Below are positions 17,927 to 20,000 of a stretch of DNA of 20,000 nt, piece by piece (the first letter of the stretch is position 1; every line of letters starts with the position of its first letter). Origin of the DNA: an uncultured virus (IMG/VR IMGVR_UViG_2902975652_000003) (Duplodnaviria > Heunggongvirae > Uroviricota > Caudoviricetes); IMG/VR virus record IMGVR_UViG_2902975652_000003. One strand, written 5' to 3'. The notes beneath the pieces are model-generated. The model made no database searches. It had not been told where the DNA came from and saw nothing but the letters and a program-made list of their open reading frames with translations. The translations under genes were made by a program, and so were the position numbers.

Positions 17927-18706
17927 TTAAGAAGCAGGATGTATAGGGGTAAGACTCTTGAAGCTGCTTTTTTCCGCTTCAAATAAGCAGATGGAATTGT
18001 CTTTTAAAGATATGCTAATTCCTTTCGAGCCATATAAAGATAGTAAAACATATTTTTCCTTAGGGTCACTGCTGCATGCTGCGTTGTCCAACATGACTAG
18101 TGCTTTCTCATCTTTAATAGCATTTTTGCCAGAGGTTGCACCGATAAAGTAAACTATTGATGGTAGCATGCAAATACTGAATACTATAAGCAAATACCTC
18201 TCTATTTTTTTGAAACCAAACTCATCATATATAGTAAAAATTGCAAGCATTGCCATAAAGCAAGCTGATCCAATCACGAAGCCAATAAAATAAGTTCTAT
18301 CATCAGATGAAAAAAACTTGTAGATAACGTAACCCCCTGAGCTCACAATGAAAATGGATGCAATAAAATACTGAGAGAATATAGCTTTTAATAATTTATT
18401 TTCTTTGGCGGGTGGCCCATATATCCCACATGTGTCATTAAAATTTTTGATTAATTTTTTATAGTTTGGGCTTTCATAAGTTGCAATATAGTTCATTAGT
18501 AATTGAGCTATTATAATCCCTATGGCTGATATTAACGGTATAATAAATGATTTTATTATATCCAAAGGCGATAATAAGCTAAAAACGATTTGCAAGTCTA
18601 TTTTGAAGTTATACCAATATCCACATAAATACGCGAAGCCGCAGATCAAGGAATAGGCAGTGAAGAAAAAGGTTTTAGGAAGGTCAAAAAAAAATTTATT
18701 GAACAT
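17927..18706 (-). CDS. Moron: uncharacterised multi-pass membrane protein
   Basis: 259 aa ORF in strongly AT-rich DNA, antisense to late genes; about five hydrophobic segments and a soluble C-terminal tail. Confidence 0.85.
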   Translation of the reverse strand: MFNKFFFDLPKTFFFTAYSLICGFAYLCGYWYNFKIDLQIVFSLLSPLDIIKSFIIPLISAIGIIIAQLLMNYIATYESPNYKKLIKNFNDTCGIYGPPAKENKLLKAIFSQYFIASIFIVSSGGYVIYKFFSSDDRTYFIGFVIGSACFMAMLAIFTIYDEFGFKKIERYLLIVFSICMLPSIVYFIGATSGKNAIKDEKALVMLDNAACSSDPKEKYVLLSLYGSKGISISLKDNSICLFEAEKSSFKSLTPIHPAS

Positions 18707-18745
18707 TGATATGTATCCATTTATGTAACAGATTGTTATTTATCA

Positions 18746-18754
18746 AAGGTAGCA
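18746..18754 (-). promoter_or_regulatory. Putative extended -10 promoter for the moron
   Basis: Minus strand TGcTACCTT about 40 nt upstream of ATG 18706; no convincing -35. Confidence 0.35.
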
Positions 18755-19024
18755 AAAAAATCTTAGTGGGGCGAGCAGACAATGATGGCGAAAAGGGTTT
18801 AGTACTTAGGTACAGCCTACCAGTTAATAAGTTTGCATATGCATAGTATTGCCGGGGTGCTCATCACCTACAAAACCATAAGTATCGGTTGTATCAAATG
18901 AACAGAGTCTAGTTAATAAATGCGTGCGCACCCATCAAAATTTCCTTGTTTTTGCTGACAGCACCCTAACGAGTCCCCTACATGAGACAAGCCAAGCGAT
19001 TGTGTCTGGCTAAAGTTGGCTTCG

Positions 19025-19048
19025 GTGGACGCTAAGTGGACATGGACA
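19025..19048 (+). repeat. Putative integrase arm-type binding sites
   Basis: GTGGAC (19025), GTGGACA (19036), ATGGACA (19042); resemble the P2 Int arm consensus TGTGGACA; adjacent to att. Confidence 0.6.
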
Positions 19049-19050
19049 AA

Positions 19051-19083
19051 GAAAAAGGGGCTACGCTTGCGCGTAACCCCTTG
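19051..19083 (-). terminator. Rho-independent terminator downstream of ssrA
   Basis: Minus strand GGGGTTACGC-gcaa-GCGTAGCCCC-TTTTT. Confidence 0.85.
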
Positions 19084-19090
19084 TTTTATT

Positions 19091-19454
19091 TGGTGGAGCT
19101 GGCGGGAGTTGAACCCGCGTCCGAAATTCCTACATCCTCGGTACTACATGCTTAGTCCGGTCTTTACATTCGCCTGGCAGCTGCGGACGGACACGCCACT
19201 ACCAGACTAGCCTGATTAGTTTTAACGCTTCAACCCCAGGCAGGGCATCCACGCGATCTCTTTTGGGTTTGACCTCTCTTGATCCCCGTCCTAAGAGCGG
19301 AGGCTAGGGAGAGAGGGCTCTAAGCAGGTTATTAAGCTGCTAAAGCGTAGTTTTCGTCGTTTGCGACTATTTTTTTGCGGCTTTTTACGAGGCCAACCGC
19401 CCCTCGGCATGCACCTTGGGTTTCGCGAATCCCGTCGAATCCAGAATCAGCCCC
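19091..19454 (-). ncRNA. ssrA: tmRNA, encodes tag ANDENYALAA
   Basis: 5' GGGGCTGATTCTGGATTCGACGGG, tag ORF at 19364-19332, 3' GGTTCAACTCCCGCCAGCTCCACCA; 364 nt. Confidence 0.99.
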
Positions 19455-19469
19455 AAAAGTGTAACGCTA

Positions 19470-19499
19470 AGTATAACAGAGTTTACCCGTGCGTGACCA
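19470..19499 (-). promoter_or_regulatory. ssrA promoter
   Basis: TGGTCA-N18-TATACT with extended TG, similar to the E. coli ssrA upstream sequence. Confidence 0.75.
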
Positions 19500-20000
19500 G
19501 TCCATATCGTTTCGCCTGCTGACTGCTGCATTTTTGGCCTTATCGCTGAGTTCTTCGGTAGTTGGAAAAAGTGAGAGGTCGCTACACAAAGAGTCGTTAT
19601 GTATAAGCGCATCATGTTAAATACCCCCTGGATTTCCAGGCAAATAAAGAAAATAGAAAACACGATATATTTTTACGTTTATTTAAGAACGGAATGATTA
19701 ATTCATTTTGGATGATTTTATTTTGCACTAATAACGGGTGTGGAGTTTTTTTAAAATTCCAATACTTAGCAATTAATTAAGCGAGGTAGACCACATTTTT
19801 TATTCTGCAAGCCCTCTTTTTTTTATCATTTCTTTGCCAAACCGCACCGCGTTGCTTATACATTTTGATAAGGTTTTGTACACATAAACCGCTTCGTTTT
19901 GCGTTAAGTCGCTGTTTTTAGTCTTATTTAAAGGTATTTCAGGACGTTTCTGTAAATTAACCCTCCCCGCTGCCGCCCTGTCTGGTAAGGGGTAACCCAT

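Larger units (their letters stand above)
1..19090. mobile_element. HP1/K139-like P2-family prophage (late module and att end), integrated at the ssrA 3' end; continues left of the window
   Basis: Contiguous P2-type head genes, HP1-type tail genes with lysis cassette between tube and chaperone, AT-rich moron, and GTGGAC arm-like repeats next to the tmRNA 3' end. Confidence 0.95.

Noticed and set aside
19016..19210. 64-aa plus-strand ORF containing WWSWRELNPRP
   Set aside because: Antisense translation of the tmRNA 3' end, a common spurious call
19385..19663. 92-aa minus-strand ORF with a possible SD before ATG 19615
   Set aside because: Runs through the ssrA promoter into mature tmRNA; no protein-like features
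19800..20000. 66-aa minus-strand ORF at window edge
   Set aside because: Not SmpB-like, no recognisable motif, upstream context unavailable

Overview
Positions 1 to ~19090 are the late (virion) half of an HP1/K139-like P2-family (Peduoviridae) prophage in an enterobacterial host. It carries the first codons of the divergent terminase ATPase gene, then head genes, tail completion, sheath and tube, a lysis cassette (holin, M15 endolysin, overlapped spanins), a frameshifted tail chaperone, tape measure, baseplate, tail fibre and its chaperone, and a fused hub/spike protein. After the late terminator come a non-coding region with precise long-range dyad symmetry (probable cos/packaging region) and an AT-rich antisense moron encoding an unknown multi-pass membrane protein. 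The prophage ends at the 3' end of an intact tmRNA gene (ssrA, minus strand, 19091-19454). The least explained elements are the moron, the 17400-17800 dyad region, the symmetric divergent late promoter and the structured M-L intergenic element. All product calls come from motif recognition and gene order, not database searches.
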